A stretch of 64,000 bases of DNA, taken from the NCBI GenBank assembly GCA_028534125.1, contig CM052817.1, positions 43,836,001-43,900,000 on the forward strand. The letters run 5' to 3'. Shown piece by piece: positions 1-12,525 of the stretch. This DNA is from Lama glama. Taxonomy: Eukaryota. A program made the position numbers and the translations under genes. The notes under the pieces were generated by a model. It searched no databases, had not been told where the DNA came from, and saw nothing but the letters and a program-made list of their open reading frames with translations. Position 1 is the first letter of the stretch. Every line of letters begins with the position of its first letter.

Positions 1-750
1 AGGTAAAAGTGTCACTATACGCTGATGACATGTTACTATATATAGAAAACCCTAAAAGGTCCACACAAACACCACTAGAGCTGATCGAAGAATTCAGCAA
101 GGTAGGAGGTTACAAGAATAAATTCAAAAATCAGTTGCATTTCCTTACACTAACGATGAATCAACAGGAAAAGAAAGTAAAGAAACAATCCCCTTTAAAA
201 CAGCACCTAAAGTAACAAAATACCTAGGAATAAATCTAACCAAGGAAGTGAAAGAATTATACACAGAAAACTATAAAACGCTGATGAAGGAAATTAAAGA
301 AAACTTTAAAAAATGGAAAGACAGCCCATGCTCCTGGATTGGAAGAATCAATGTTGTTAAAATGGTCACACTGACCAAGGCAACCTACAGATTTAAGGCA
401 ACCCCTATCAAGTTACCCAGAACATATTTCACAGAACTAGAACAAATCCTAATAAAATTTATATGGAACCACAAAAGACCTACAATTGCCAAAGCATTAC
501 TGAAGAAAAAGAAAAAGGCTGGAGGAATAACTCCCCCAGACTTCAGAAAAAACTACAGAGCTACAGTCATCAAGACAGCATGGTATTGGTACAAAAACAG
601 ACATATAGACCAATGGAACAGAATAGAGAGCCCAGAAATGAACCCACAAACTTTTGGTCAACTCATCTTCGACAAAGGAGGCAAGAATATACAATGGAAT
701 AAAGACAGTCTCTTCAGCAAATGGTGTTGGGAAAACTGGACAGCAGCATG
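1..750 (+). mobile_element. Relatively young LINE-1 ORF2 fragment (RT domain to C-terminal region), truncated by window start and assembly gap; antisense within MRPL1 intron 2
   Basis: Translates to SLYADDMLLYIENPK (RT catalytic YADD at 18-29) and [17 protein letters not shown]...WIGRIN...[19 protein letters not shown]...[11 protein letters not shown], typical L1 ORF2p. An apparent frameshift near 115-125 splits the ORF. Confidence 0.95.
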
Positions 751-1250
751 NNNNNNNNNNNNNNNNNNNNNNNNNNNNNNNNNNNNNNNNNNNNNNNNNN
801 NNNNNNNNNNNNNNNNNNNNNNNNNNNNNNNNNNNNNNNNNNNNNNNNNNNNNNNNNNNNNNNNNNNNNNNNNNNNNNNNNNNNNNNNNNNNNNNNNNNN
901 NNNNNNNNNNNNNNNNNNNNNNNNNNNNNNNNNNNNNNNNNNNNNNNNNNNNNNNNNNNNNNNNNNNNNNNNNNNNNNNNNNNNNNNNNNNNNNNNNNNN
1001 NNNNNNNNNNNNNNNNNNNNNNNNNNNNNNNNNNNNNNNNNNNNNNNNNNNNNNNNNNNNNNNNNNNNNNNNNNNNNNNNNNNNNNNNNNNNNNNNNNNN
1101 NNNNNNNNNNNNNNNNNNNNNNNNNNNNNNNNNNNNNNNNNNNNNNNNNNNNNNNNNNNNNNNNNNNNNNNNNNNNNNNNNNNNNNNNNNNNNNNNNNNN
1201 NNNNNNNNNNNNNNNNNNNNNNNNNNNNNNNNNNNNNNNNNNNNNNNNNN
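751..1250. other. Assembly gap (500 N)
   Basis: Run of exactly 500 N; likely a placeholder length. Confidence 1.
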
Positions 1251-1306
1251 AAAAAAAAAGAAAAAGAGAGAAGCAGAAACAGTCAGAGGTGCTTCTGGCA
1301 AACCAT

Positions 1307-1333
1307 GGGTGTGTGTGTATATGTATGTATGTA

Positions 1334-1382
<49 letters not shown>

Positions 1383-1383
1383 G
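1307..1383. repeat. Compound (TG)n/(TATG)n/(TA)n microsatellite
   Basis: Visible directly in the sequence. Confidence 0.95.
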
Positions 1384-1789
1384 TTAAAAACGTGGGCACT
1401 CTCACTCACTGCTGGGTAGGGATGTAAATTGGTATATCCATTACTCCTCCAACTTTTCAACAACAAAAAAGAATCCAGGTACTATACAGACTCAAAGAAA
1501 GCTTCTATTCTAGTTACATTCCTGCCTCCTCTCTCTCCATCCTGTATTCAAACCATATCATTCACTTCTATGTCTTTGCACCACTGAAATACCTTTCTCT
1601 CAATTCTCCTGCAAGATTCCATCTATCTTTCAGGAATCACCTCAAATACTTCTTGCCGTATTCTCCTTCAGGAAAAATTAACTAACCTTCCATCTGTGAT
1701 TCCATAAAATTTGGTCCATTCCTCTACTATAATAGTTAAAACACATTAAAATTATAGTGCAAGGGAGGTTGTCAAAAAAAAGTTATAGT

Positions 1790-2389
1790 GCAGATATGTG
1801 CTGACTGATAATGTATAAACAGCTTCTACTAATCAACAACAAAAAAATGGGAATAAGACATGAACAGAAAATTGACAGTAAAGAAAATATAAAAGGCTTT
1901 TAAACATATAAACGACCTCAATAATAATAAAAAATACAAATTAAAACCAAGATGATACCATTTAGTACCTATCAAATAGGCAAAGTTCAAAAATTTTGAT
2001 TATACATATGTGGGAAAATAGGCATTCTAATATTACTTGCTAGTAAGCCCACAAATTGGCAAAATCTCTATGAAGGCAATTTAGTGTTACCTATCAAAAT
2101 TACGAATGCACACATCTTTTGATTCAATTCTATTTCTGAGTTTGTACTACAAGTATATTCATAATATTTGACAAGATCTACGTACATGATTATTCACTGC
2201 AAGGTGAATTTGTAATAGTAAAAGACTGGAAAGATAAATGCGTATCGATAGGGTAATGGTTCAGTACGTTATGGTATATTCACACAATGAAATATTATAT
2301 CCATGTTCATTGTACACTATTTACAGTAACCAAGACATGAAAGCAATGTGAGAGTCCACTGATGGATGAATGGATAAAGAAAATGTCAT

Positions 2390-2433
<44 letters not shown>

Positions 2434-2915
2434 TATTCAGCCATAAAAAGAACGAAATCTTGCTGTTTGCGACAACACGGAGAAATTTTCACTTTTGCTA
2501 AGTGAAATAAGTCAACAAAGAAAGACAAATACCATATGACTTCACTTATAAGTGTAATCTGAAAAAAAAAAAAACACACTTACAGATGCAGAGAGCACAT
2601 TAGTGACTCCCAAAGGCAGGAGGTGGGGTGCAGATAAAACAGGCTCAAATGGTCAAAAGGTACAAATTTCCAGTTATAAAATAAATAAGTCATGGATAAT
2701 ATACAGCACGGTGACTATAATCAGTAATATTATAATGTATATTTGAAAGTTGCTAAGAGAGTAAATCTTAAAAGTTCTCATCACAAGAAAAAGAAATTTT
2801 ATGATGATGGATGTTAACTAGACTTATTGTGTTGAGCATTTCCCAATATATACAAATATCAAATAATTATGTTGCATACCTGAAACTAATATGTCAATTA
2901 TATCTCAATTTTTAA
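1790..2915 (+). mobile_element. Old L1 3' fragments (an L1MA-like 3' end at ~2300-2915 following an older L1M segment), with a (CA)n microsatellite at ~2393-2430
   Basis: Motifs 'gatggatgaatggataaagaaaatg', 'ccataaaaagaacgaaatcttgctgtttgcgacaaca', 'gttgctaagagagtaaatcttaaaagttctcatcac', ending '...atgtcaattatatctcaat'. Confidence 0.85.
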
Positions 2916-3006
2916 AAAACAACAGCTCCATCTGGAACAATCCCCAAGATACATTATGTAAGAAGCACACAAGTGAGATACAGGACAGTGTTTATGGTTA
3001 GAAAGC

Positions 3007-3852
3007 TATTTTCCTCTACAGACAACAATTCTGACACTAAATTTTGTGTGTTTTATGTGTAGATTTTTTCCCACAGCCTCCAATTATCTGACATTAGCTG
3101 GATATCCTACAATTCAGTACAACTCTGACACTATCTATCTGGATTAAACACCAGATCCCACAAATTAAGGAATCAGTCCCACAAGACTACCTCCGCTTCA
3201 GCTGCCAACTGCAAGTCCGGCCATCTGGTACTTCTGGCCAACACCTATACATTGGGGGTCCCAGAACCCCCTCCTCACACTTCAAAATTTACTAGAACAG
3301 CTTGCAGAACTCAAAGAAACAGTATTTACTGGTTTATTATACAACATAGGACATAATAAAGAATACAGATGAACAGACACATAAGACGAGGTCTAGGAAC
3401 TTGTCCCCAGTGGGTTTGGGTGCACCACCCTTCCAGCACATGGATGTGTTCACCAGCCAACCTCTCCAAACCCCATAGTTCAGGGATTTTTATGGAGGCT
3501 TCATCATGTGGGTATGATCAATTATAAACTCAATCTCTATCCCTGCTCTCCTCCCTGGAAGGTGGGAGGTAGGGCTAAAAATTCCAAGCCTTTATTCATG
3601 GTTTGGTCTTTCTGGTGACCAGTCCTCATCCAGGAGCCCACCAAGAGTTGCCTCATTAGAATAGTAACACTCCTATCACCTAGGAAATTTTAAGGGTTTT
3701 AGGAGCTCTGTATCAGGAACTAGATCAAAGGCCAAATATTTTTGAAAAATGCTCCTGGCATCCCTATCACTCAGGAGATGACAAGGATTTTAGGAGCTCT
3801 ATGTCAGGAACGGGTGGCAGAGACCAACATAAATACTTCTTATTATGTCACA
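3007..3852 (-). mobile_element. Solo LTR, MER21-like
   Basis: Minus strand starts TGTGACATAATAAGAAGTATTTATGTTGGTCTCTGCC...TTCCTGACATAGAGCTCCTAAAATCCTT, resembling the MER21 5' end as I recall it, with an internal duplicated 'taggagctct...tcaggaac' unit (3670-3720 and 3762-3811). Confidence 0.75.
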
Positions 3853-3869
3853 AAATCCTTGCTCCAACA

Positions 3870-4015
3870 TTTACTAGCTCTGTGACCTTGGGCAAGTTAC
3901 ATAATCTATTGGTGCCTTGCTTTTCATCTCTAAAAAAAGCATAGCAATGGCTTCCATATAAGGTTGCTGGAGGGATTAAATTGGTTATTGAATGTTAGTG
4001 CTCAATAAATGTGAA
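3870..4015 (+). mobile_element. MIR SINE
   Basis: Core 'tttactagctctgtgaccttgggcaagttac...ttttcatctctaaaa...gtgctcaataaatg'. Confidence 0.8.
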
Positions 4016-4184
4016 GTACTATTCTAAGAAGTCATATCTCTCCTTCAGGACTATTAGGACAAAGAAGCAGAGATGATAAACTTTTACAACTATTTCTGTG
4101 TGTCATTATGGTACCAAGAAAAATAGTTTTTAATAAAAGATTTAAATGATAGCAAATGAAATAACTAAAAAAAAAAATACTTAC

Positions 4185-4296
4185 TTCACAGCAGCAGCAA
4201 AATGTCTGTTGGGCACCAGAACACATACAGAGCAAGGATAAAGAGACATCTGAGAAGCCAACTTGGAAAGACTATGCCTTTGATGATGTATCAAGA
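4185..4296 (-). CDS. MRPL1: MRPL1 (mitochondrial ribosomal protein uL1m) coding exon 2, 112 nt
   Basis: Minus strand: ttttactttttttttctttcaAG|TCTTGATACAT...GCTGTGAA|GTAAGT. Encodes (V)[36 protein letters not shown](K), matching the human MRPL1 N-terminus as I recall it ([38 protein letters not shown]). Phase is consistent with exon 1. Confidence 0.96.
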
Positions 4297-4649
4297 CTTG
4301 AAAGAAAAAAAAAAGTAAAATATTAATATTAATCATTACATTCATAGTTTTTACATTCTCGATGTTTTTTAAAACAAAAATATTCAATAGTTTGTGATTG
4401 TTAATCATTCTCTAAAAGGTGTAAAAGAGAAAACGGCACTTCTTGAAACTAAAGCCAAATAAAAACATCTAATTGAAGAATTTTGTCTTCATTTATTTTC
4501 AGTTTAATCTAGTTTAACCTCAACAGAGTGGGTTAGCTCTCGTATTACGGATTAAGTATATACATGCTGAATTTTTCTTAAATTAAACTTTCTTCTTCTT
4601 CTTTTTTCTTTTTTATAGATAATACATTCACAGAGTTGCCGAAGGTACT

Positions 4650-5060
4650 TCTGAAGGATAAGAACAAAGTGGAGGGAACTGCCTTACCAGAGATCAAGAC
4701 TTGTCATAAAGCTATGGTAATTAAGAGACTTCGGCATTGGCACAAGTATAGAAAGACAGACTAATGAAACAATAAACAGCCCAGCAACAGACCCATGCAC
4801 ATATGGATATCTGAAATTTGAGAGAGATGTTATTGCAAGTCATTGTGCAAAGAATTTAGTAAGTGTTGCTAAGACAAGTGATTATTCATAGGGGAAAGTA
4901 TATTTAAATCCCTATCTCACACATACACAATCAAATCTAGAAGGACTAAGGACTTACATGTAAATGGAAAAACTTAAAGTCTTCTATAATTTAGGAAAAT
5001 ACCTTTATGACCTTTGAGGAGGGAACAATTTCACAACAACCCAAAAGCACTAACCAAAAA
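4650..5060 (+). mobile_element. Old, degraded L1 ORF2 3' fragment
   Basis: 'aagaacaaagtggagggaactgccttaccagagatcaagacttgtcataaagctatggtaattaag', a decayed KNKxGGxxLPDxKxYYKA segment. Confidence 0.75.
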
Positions 5061-5489
5061 GTGACTATAGGACCATAAAAATGAATAAACTATATGCTAA
5101 GACAAATAGATAGATGTTATAAATATCTTTTGTATGCAGAATACTAGGGAAATGTTTTTATTTCAGGATTACAAAAGAATATACAAAAGTAAAGTCTTCC
5201 TCCAACCCTAACACCCAGCTTCCCTCCTATATTAGCAACTTACTGTGATTCTTTCCAGAAATATTATTTCCCTCCTCACTGATAAAATGATAGCACACTC
5301 TACTCACTGTTCTAGACCTTGCTTTTTCATGTAAAGGTATTAAAGCCCATTTTCACACATATATTAGATGTAGATATAGATATACTCACATATTTTTAAG
5401 AGTTGTATATATATAATCTCATATATGCCTTTCATAAAGATATGTTTATATGTATATATTATAGCAATAATTTCGTATCAGTTCATAAA

Positions 5490-5945
5490 GACTTTATCTT
5501 TTTAGAGCTGCAAAGTACTACACTGTGTACTTGTATCATAATTTAATCAGTGGTTGACCATTAGGTCATTTATAATATTTTACTATTATCAACAGTGCTG
5601 CAGTGAATGACCCTGTACAAACATCATTTTGCACATATACAAGTATATTTATAGGATAAATTTCAAGAAGGGAATTTGCTGTGTCAAAGAATATGAACAC
5701 TTGTAATGTTGATAAATACTGCTTTCTAAAATAACAGTTCCATATACATTTCCACGAGCAATGAAAAGGTTGCCTGTTTCCATACACTCATGCCAACGTA
5801 GTATGTTACCAAATATTTTGGTCTCTGTTAATCTAGTAGACGAAATGTGGTATGCAGAGCTGTTTTAATTTGCATTTTTCTTATGGGTTAGGCTGAGTAT
5901 GTTTTCATATGTTTGATCATCTAATGTTTTCTTTTCTATTGAATT
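5490..5945 (-). mobile_element. Old L1 (L1ME-like) 3' fragment
   Basis: 'ataggataaatttcaagaagggaatttgctgtgtcaaag', 'gttttaatttgcatttttcttatgg...gctgagtatgttttcatatgtt'. Confidence 0.7.
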
Positions 5946-7429
5946 GGCTTAAACTCAATTTTTTAAATGAGTTCTCAACAACTAGGTTTTCATGTAAAAT
6001 GACCATTGAAGTCCAATATCTTAAAATCTATTCATTACATAAAACCAACAGCATGTAAATTATAAGACTTGTCTACACATCAAATGAATTATTTCATAAG
6101 TTAAGTTTCCAAGCACAGAGCACTGGGCACACGGAACAGCTACCAAGTCTTCACTGTGGTCTATAAGGCCCTATGTGAGACATCCCTGCTTATCACTCAA
6201 TACCACTCACCTACTTGCTCACTAAAACCCTTTTCTCAGATCCTTGAATCCTTCAAATCCCTCAATTCCTGTCTCAGGGCCTTTACATTTAATGTTACAT
6301 TTGACTAGGATCTACCATCTCCACATTTTCCCATGGCCTACTCTTTATCATCAGCTCAAATGTCATCAAAGCCAAATGCCTAACAACTCTGTTTCATTTC
6401 TAATCTTCCAAAACAAAGTTGAAGTACAAGAAAACCACCAAAACCATGAAGTCTATGAACATATGGGTACGACATTTGGGGGCAGTATAGGAGATTTGTT
6501 TATTACTGGGAATTCCTTGGGCACAAAAGCAACAAGGGGCTTTAATGGCTAGAAAGAAAAAGGGAAATAGACTATTGAGATCCAGTTCCTGCCCTCCAAA
6601 ATCTCAAATTTAGTGGGCTCTGCTGGTATGCAACAGTCTAAGAGGAGATCCTCCACATTTTTAAAGGAGTCAGCTACCTCGAAAAATCACATGTGACAAA
6701 TGAAAGAGCAATTATCCATTCAAGATTTGGCAAACATTTCCAAAAAATAATTCTAATTGCACTGAATAAGAACCCAATAACCTTGGCAAGATCTTCAAAA
6801 TAATAATTCTCTTGAATACATCAATTGCAACCTGCTATAAATAATTAACCACTACTTTTAGATTCCCCAGTCATGACTACCAGAAATTAACATTCTCAAC
6901 AGAAATCAAAACTGTTACAGACTAAGGAAAATCAAATTACAAAAATACCACTATTTAAATAGCACTGTTAGACCATGAGATCTGTATTTTCAATCCCTCT
7001 ATAGTCAATTTGTCTATCTGTAGTATTTGATGATATTTCTTTAACATATTTCTTCTCTTACTTAGCAGATAACCTCACTTGCTACTTCAGAGAAAACAGA
7101 AGTCCTCAGAATTTCCTCAACGATTTAAAAACCTATTTGAATCTGCACTCATTCTCAAAAGGCAACCCCACCCCTACCCCAGGGCAATGAGATAGAAACT
7201 ACTCCACCTCCTTTACAAGCTGATTCTCTTAAACTTGATAGTGAAATGTTAGGATTCCCCAGGACTTCTCAACCTAACTCTATAATCCTCACTCTCCCCA
7301 GGAGATCTTACGCACGTAGTCTTTGCCTCCCCACTATAAGCACCATAATCCACCATTTACCTGGCTTACTGCAACAAACTCCAAACTATTCTTTTACTCT
7401 TGGCCCTCTCCATTTCTTTTCCACCTACT

Positions 7430-8040
7430 AATAAAAGGGATGATTTAAAAACAAAAATCTCATCATGTCCTTAAAACATTTGGATGGTCTCACTTTGTCC
7501 TCGGAATAAAGTAAATTCTTAACAAGATCCTCCATGAGCTATTTCTAATCTATTTAGTCAGCTTCACCTAACACCACTCTCTCATGCTTGCCACACTTCA
7601 AATACACTGGCCTCCTTTTCAGTTACTTGAACACATCGTGTTTTTCACAACCTTCAGACTTTCAAATATAATCTTCCCTCCATTTGTGAGATTCTCCCCT
7701 ACCACTTTCCACGCCCCTCTTCTCATAGCTAATTCATTAAAATCCAGTGACCTTTCAGGGACTCTGTTTAAGCTACTTCTTTAGAAAAGTCTTCCCTGAA
7801 GACTCAGAATAGATTAAGGCCTCTCATATACACTCTTACAATACCTTGTACTTTTCCTTCACAACCACGCAGGAAAATTGTAATTAAAGAATTAATTATC
7901 AAATTAACGTCTACTCTTCAATAGATGATAAGCACTATGGCCAGGGAATGTATATAGCTTGTTCACCATTCTGTCCCTAACACATAACACAGTGTTTGAC
8001 AAATGAAGACACGATAAACATCTGTTGAGTGAAGGAAGGA
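7430..8040 (+). mobile_element. L2 LINE 3' fragment
   Basis: 'cacttcaaatacactggcctcc', 'aagtcttccctga', tail 'aacacagtgtttgac...ataaacatctgttgagtgaaggaagg'. Confidence 0.7.
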
Positions 8041-8134
8041 AATCTGAACAAATGAGCAAAAATTGGATTCAAATTACTTTAAATATTATTCATTTCAACA
8101 TATGGAAGAAGGGTGGCATTTTGTTGAAGATCCG

Positions 8135-8610
8135 TGTATTTATTCATTCATTTGTTGAACAATGAATATGCTGAGGAAACATGCACTAGCACTGCTTTAA
8201 GCACTTAGTGAACAAAACAAACAAACTCCTCCTTTTGGAGCTTACATCCTAGTAGGGGGGAGACAATACTAATAAATATAAAATGGTATTGGTAAGGGGA
8301 ACCCCACTGGGTAAAAAGAATTGAGAATCAAGAGGGAGAGTGGATTGCAATTTTAAATAAAAAGGTTAAGGTAGGCCTCCTTAAAAAGGTGACATTTGAG
8401 CAAAAGCTTGAAAGAAATAAGAAAGTCAGTCATGCAAATATCTTTAAAAAAAGTGTTCCAGGTCCACTTCACTTGGGAGAAAAAGCCCTTCGTATGAAGG
8501 AATGTTCTTTGTGTGGTTAAGGAACTAGGAAGCCAATGTGGCTAGAGCACAGTGAGTGGGTAGCTGGAGAGGTCGGAGTGGTATGCTGGATGAGTGGAGG
8601 TGAGAGAAGA
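8135..8610 (-). mobile_element. L2 LINE 3' fragment in opposite orientation
   Basis: 'tattcattcatatttgttgaac', 'ggagcttacatcctagtagggg', 'aggtgacatttgagcaaaagcttgaa', 'gccaatgtggctagagc'. Confidence 0.7.
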
Positions 8611-8634
8611 CAGGTACCTCATGATGTGGAAGAC

Positions 8635-8930
8635 CCTAGGCCAATATAATAATAAGGCCACATATATAAGTTTAAATTTTCTAATAGCCACAATCAAAAA
8701 AGGTAGAAAAAAAAGACTAAAATGAAATTAATAATAAAACTTAACATATTTTATTACAGCTAATACCCCAAAATACTATCATTCCAACACATTATCAATA
8801 TAAAAAAAATTGAAGTGTTTCACTTTTTTTGGTACTAACCCTTTCAAATCTAATGTGAATTTGACATACTCATTTCGAATTAGCCACAGTTGAAGTGCTC
8901 AATTGTGGATAACAAAATGGACAGCATAGC
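8635..8930. mobile_element. hAT-Charlie MITE (MER33/MER3-like)
   Basis: 'ccaatataat...gccacatatataagtttaaattttctaatagccaca...tagccacagttgaagtgctcaa...tggacagcatag'. Confidence 0.6.
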
Positions 8931-9899
8931 TGTAGTCCATTCTAAGGACTTTGGTTTAGAAAAATAGGTGAGCATAGGAGTGGCATGATTTAAGTTCTTA
9001 AAGGACCAATCTAAATATTTGTTGAGAGTAGACTGTAGCTTGGAAGGTAGCTGCAGTGAGCTAATAGTTGTCAAGGTCTGTTGTGTTCTCTTGCCACCCC
9101 TATTTTTTAAGCAACAACTATCCCAAATAGAGAATGCTGGTCTTTACACTAAGCTTTTCTGTGAGAAGCTCAGAGAAAACTACGATTCTGTTAAATTAAT
9201 CAATCAATCACTGACCTAGGAGTAAAGTTTCAGTCTTCCACTGCCACTCACTAGTTTTATGAACTTGGCCACATACTCAACAGAATGAGTTTCTTCCTCT
9301 GTAAAACAGGGGTGATCTCGGCTGCTGCCTCCACCTAAAGATCCACCATAATTAATAACAATATATATCACTGTGTTTCAAAAACACAAAACAAAAATAT
9401 GTTAAGTACTGTACCCAAAAACTATGGTCATCCTAGCCAACAAACTGGACCTTGTAAATGCTCTAAAGGGTTGCTACCAAGAAGTACTACAAAATTGGCC
9501 TCCAAATGATGAATGCTGACCCAAATTAGACAACGCCTGGGAGTTTAAGAATTGGAAGTGCCTGCAACGATGTGCTGAGAAAGAACCAAGCATTCTGTAA
9601 ACTGTAAAAGTTTACGGATATGAGCCACTCAAATGCAACACCTTTTCCATTCCAGAACTCACTTCACGTGTCAAACGCCTTTCCCCGCAGCTCACACCCA
9701 CAGTATCGGAGATAAAACCATGTCTTTGCCTCCACCTCTGCGGGTGGCTGGAGGGGTGACAAAGTACATCCCCCTCCCACTCCACTCCTAGGGTGGACAA
9801 CTACAGAAAGGAGTGAAACCTCTGACAAGGTCGCTTTTAAGTAGTAACGACCCTCTGGAAAATCTAGAGCCCAGAAAGAGTAGAGGCTTATGGAGCCAC

Positions 9900-10300
9900 C
9901 AGTGCAGAGCCGCACCTAGGAGAGTCCGGCTTGCACTCTGCTATCACAGAAGACCCCACACCAGAGTTATTTTCCCCGCAAGCCCTGACTACCCTTCGCT
10001 TTACCTCTACCGAGGAATCTTGCGGCCGCCGCCATGTTGTTCACTCCGGAATGTGTTGACGAAATTGGTCCCACGCTTCAACTTGAAAGAATGTTTAAAA
10101 GGGTTCCCATCCGGAAGTGGCGGAGGGGGAAGGGATTCCGAGGAGCAAAAGGAAAGGGGCTGGACTCAAAGCAGGCTTTAAAGCCGGTGGGGGAGGGCGC
10201 GCAGCGCGGGTGCCCCGTGGCGGTGCTCCCGGCAGTCCTCCGTGCTGCCCAGGATCCCGTGTTCCGTGGTTCCGGTACTACAGCTTAACCATCTAAAGGG
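9900..10300 (-). promoter_or_regulatory. MRPL1: MRPL1 CpG-rich promoter/5' region with an ETS/GABP site (CCGGAAGTG, 10111-10119) and a YY1-type motif (AACATGGCGGC on minus, 10028-10038)
   Basis: Local CpG enrichment around the start codon; motifs read directly. GABP (NRF-2) and YY1 sites are typical of nuclear-encoded mitochondrial housekeeping promoters. Confidence 0.8.
10005..10035 (-). CDS. MRPL1: MRPL1 coding exon 1 (31 nt; MAAAARFLGR + 1 nt), start of the mitochondrial presequence
   Basis: Minus strand aacATGGCGGCGGCCGCAAGATTCCTCGGTAGAG|GTAAAG; strong Kozak context; similar to human MAAAVRCMGR as recalled; G|TC forms Val on joining exon 2. Confidence 0.94.
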
Positions 10301-10809
10301 GAATCTGCCCTCCCTGGAAAATGCACACGATCTGTTGGCGATGCTCCAACTATTTCATTCCCTTTTATTTTTTCCTTTTTGATTCTGCACATGTACTCAG
10401 AACGATCTTTTTAATAGATTTTGAGAGTACGCAGAAAGCATGAAAAACTGAAAATCTGAAGAATCTCACCAGATTCCACCGCCACGTTTCCAGCCTTGTA
10501 AAGATTTTTTTAAATTAGCCCGGCTTTCCACTACCGCCCAAGGTGGGTGTCCCACTCAACAACAAACTTCCTTTTTAAGTTATCTTAAGATCAGCGTGAT
10601 TTTAAATTAATCTAACATTAATCAGCTTTACATTTTCTCCTGCTGACAAATTGTGCCATTAGGATCATTTGAGTAATAAAACTTGACAAATTTATATAAT
10701 ACGACTAGTTTTTAAATGGCAGATCTAAGACCTACGCACAAGTTATTCTGACTAAAAAAAAAAAAAGGAATCAGTATCCTTTCCATTACGTCACAGCAGT
10801 TGGTGTGGT

Positions 10810-11410
10810 TTATCTAAAACAAATCTGAGCGCGAATTATATCACTTCCCACTTTAAATAAAACCCTCCCGTGACTACCTCTGGAGCTTGCTTCTGGCCTC
10901 TGCCTGCCTCCCCAGCCTCAACCTCCTGCCAACATCACACCCCCTCTCGCCCCCACACACATACATGGCTTCTCACCTCCATGACTTTGTTCATTCTGTC
11001 CCCAGTGTTTGGAACGTCTTGTATCACATCTCCTAGGTAACTTTTTAAAAAAGATTTCAGGTCAGGCTTTATTCACTGATGAAGCCTCCCTCCTCCCTTC
11101 CCAGGCTGAGTTTTGGCCACCTCGTTCTGGTTTTGTATAGTACCCAAATCTTATAACTGTTTTTATGTGTTTGTTTTGAACAGTTTTTTTTTTGAGGTAT
11201 AATTCACATACCATACAATTCACTAATCTAATGGGTACAATTCAGTGGTTTTTAATATATTCACAGAGTTGTGTGACCATCCACAGTGTGTTTTCCCCAC
11301 TAATCATCTGAGCTCTTGTGGGCAGAAATCCTGTCTTAACTTATTTTTGTAACCTCAGCATATACTACCCACCTGGCACATAGGAGGTTCTCAATAAATG
11401 TTGAATAAAT
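10810..11410 (+). mobile_element. L2 fragment interrupted by a short minus-strand L1 3' end (~11185-11290)
   Basis: L2 tail 'cctggcacataggaggttctcaataaatgttgaataaataaat'; L1 end 'ttttttgaggtataattcacataccatacaattcac'. Confidence 0.65.
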
Positions 11411-12053
11411 AAATATCATATGCAAGCATGAATTATTGACTCAATTAGAATAGCAAGCCTGCAAACTTGCTTCCATCAAGCTGCCCTTGGGACTGGATCA
11501 CAGTAGGACTTTAACAAATGCTTTATCTTGTATTTGTATATTATACTCATTTCCATGAAGAATAATTTTTCTACTTCATTGTCATGCCTTGTCGACACCT
11601 AAGCAGTTACTTCAGAAGTTCCACACCCATATATGGCTGTTATAACAAAAAAATTCAAAGCGATTGAATCTACCTTTCCCCTTCTCTCTTCCTTTCACAA
11701 ATATATCAGTGCCTGCCCCTTGCCAAGCGGTGTGCATGGCTATGCATAGATATGGGAATAAAACCAACACAACCTTTGCTCTCATCATGCTTAAAAATGA
11801 ATTTCATATAAGGCTAAACGCTAGAATTAGAGTAAGTTTGCCTAATTCCTCAGACAAAAACAGCCAGAGTAGAGCTGCTGGTCTTTAGACTCTATGTCCC
11901 TACCTTTCCATAGCTGGGATCAATTGGCCCCTGTCTGTGTGCTTCTTTGTATCTCCTATTATAACAAGAATTTAAACACCCTATATTGGGACTCAGAGTG
12001 ACATGTGGTAAGCTTGTAGTCATAGCCTTATTAAAGGAATGCCTGTCTTATAG

Positions 12054-12134
12054 CTGTGCAGCTTACCTGATTGCCCACTTTAGGCACCAGAACACTGTGC
12101 AGCTTACCTGATTGCCCACTTTGGGCACCAGAAC
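12054..12134. repeat. Tandem duplication, 2 x 40 bp (period 41, one mismatch)
   Basis: ctgtgcagcttacctgattgcccacttt[a/g]ggcaccagaac at 12054-12093 and 12095-12134. Confidence 0.95.
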
Positions 12135-12299
12135 TTGATAGCATTAGTCAAGTGAGGTCCAGAGTCTAGTTATCTATATATAATAATATACAAGGAGGTT
12201 ATTTAGCCTAAGACTTGTAAAAACTAGAAAAATCCACACTCTTAACTGGGAACTCCAAGCCTCTAACTATTTAATACATAATGAGGTTCTCATTGAAGA

Positions 12300-12525
12300 G
12301 AGGCAATAGGGCATTTTGGTTAAGCAGTGGTGCTCTGGAGCAAAACTCCCTGGGTTTGAATCCCAGTATCATCACTTGCTAAATGTGTGTCCTGGGGCAA
12401 GATGCTGTACCTCTCTGGGCTCAGTTTCCTCATTTGTGATATGGGGCTAATACTGAGATAATTTACTGAAGTACTACCATACCTAGCACAGAGTAAACAC
12501 TAATTAAATGTTCAGTGTTGTTATT
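12300..12525 (+). mobile_element. MIR SINE
   Basis: 'ctgggtttgaatcccagt...ggggcaagatgctgtacctctctgggctcagtttcctcatttgt'. Confidence 0.8.

Noticed and set aside
248..1466. Long ORFs of 230-380 aa in the track
   Set aside because: They read through the N gap; only the L1 ORF2 part is real.
3670..3811. Internal ~50-bp direct repeat
   Set aside because: Part of the MER21-like LTR structure.
9813..10288. Plus-strand ORFs over the MRPL1 promoter
   Set aside because: No homology recognised; antisense to the real exon 1 and explained by local GC content.
12054..12134. CRISPR-like repeat
   Set aside because: Only two adjacent copies, no spacers, eukaryotic context.
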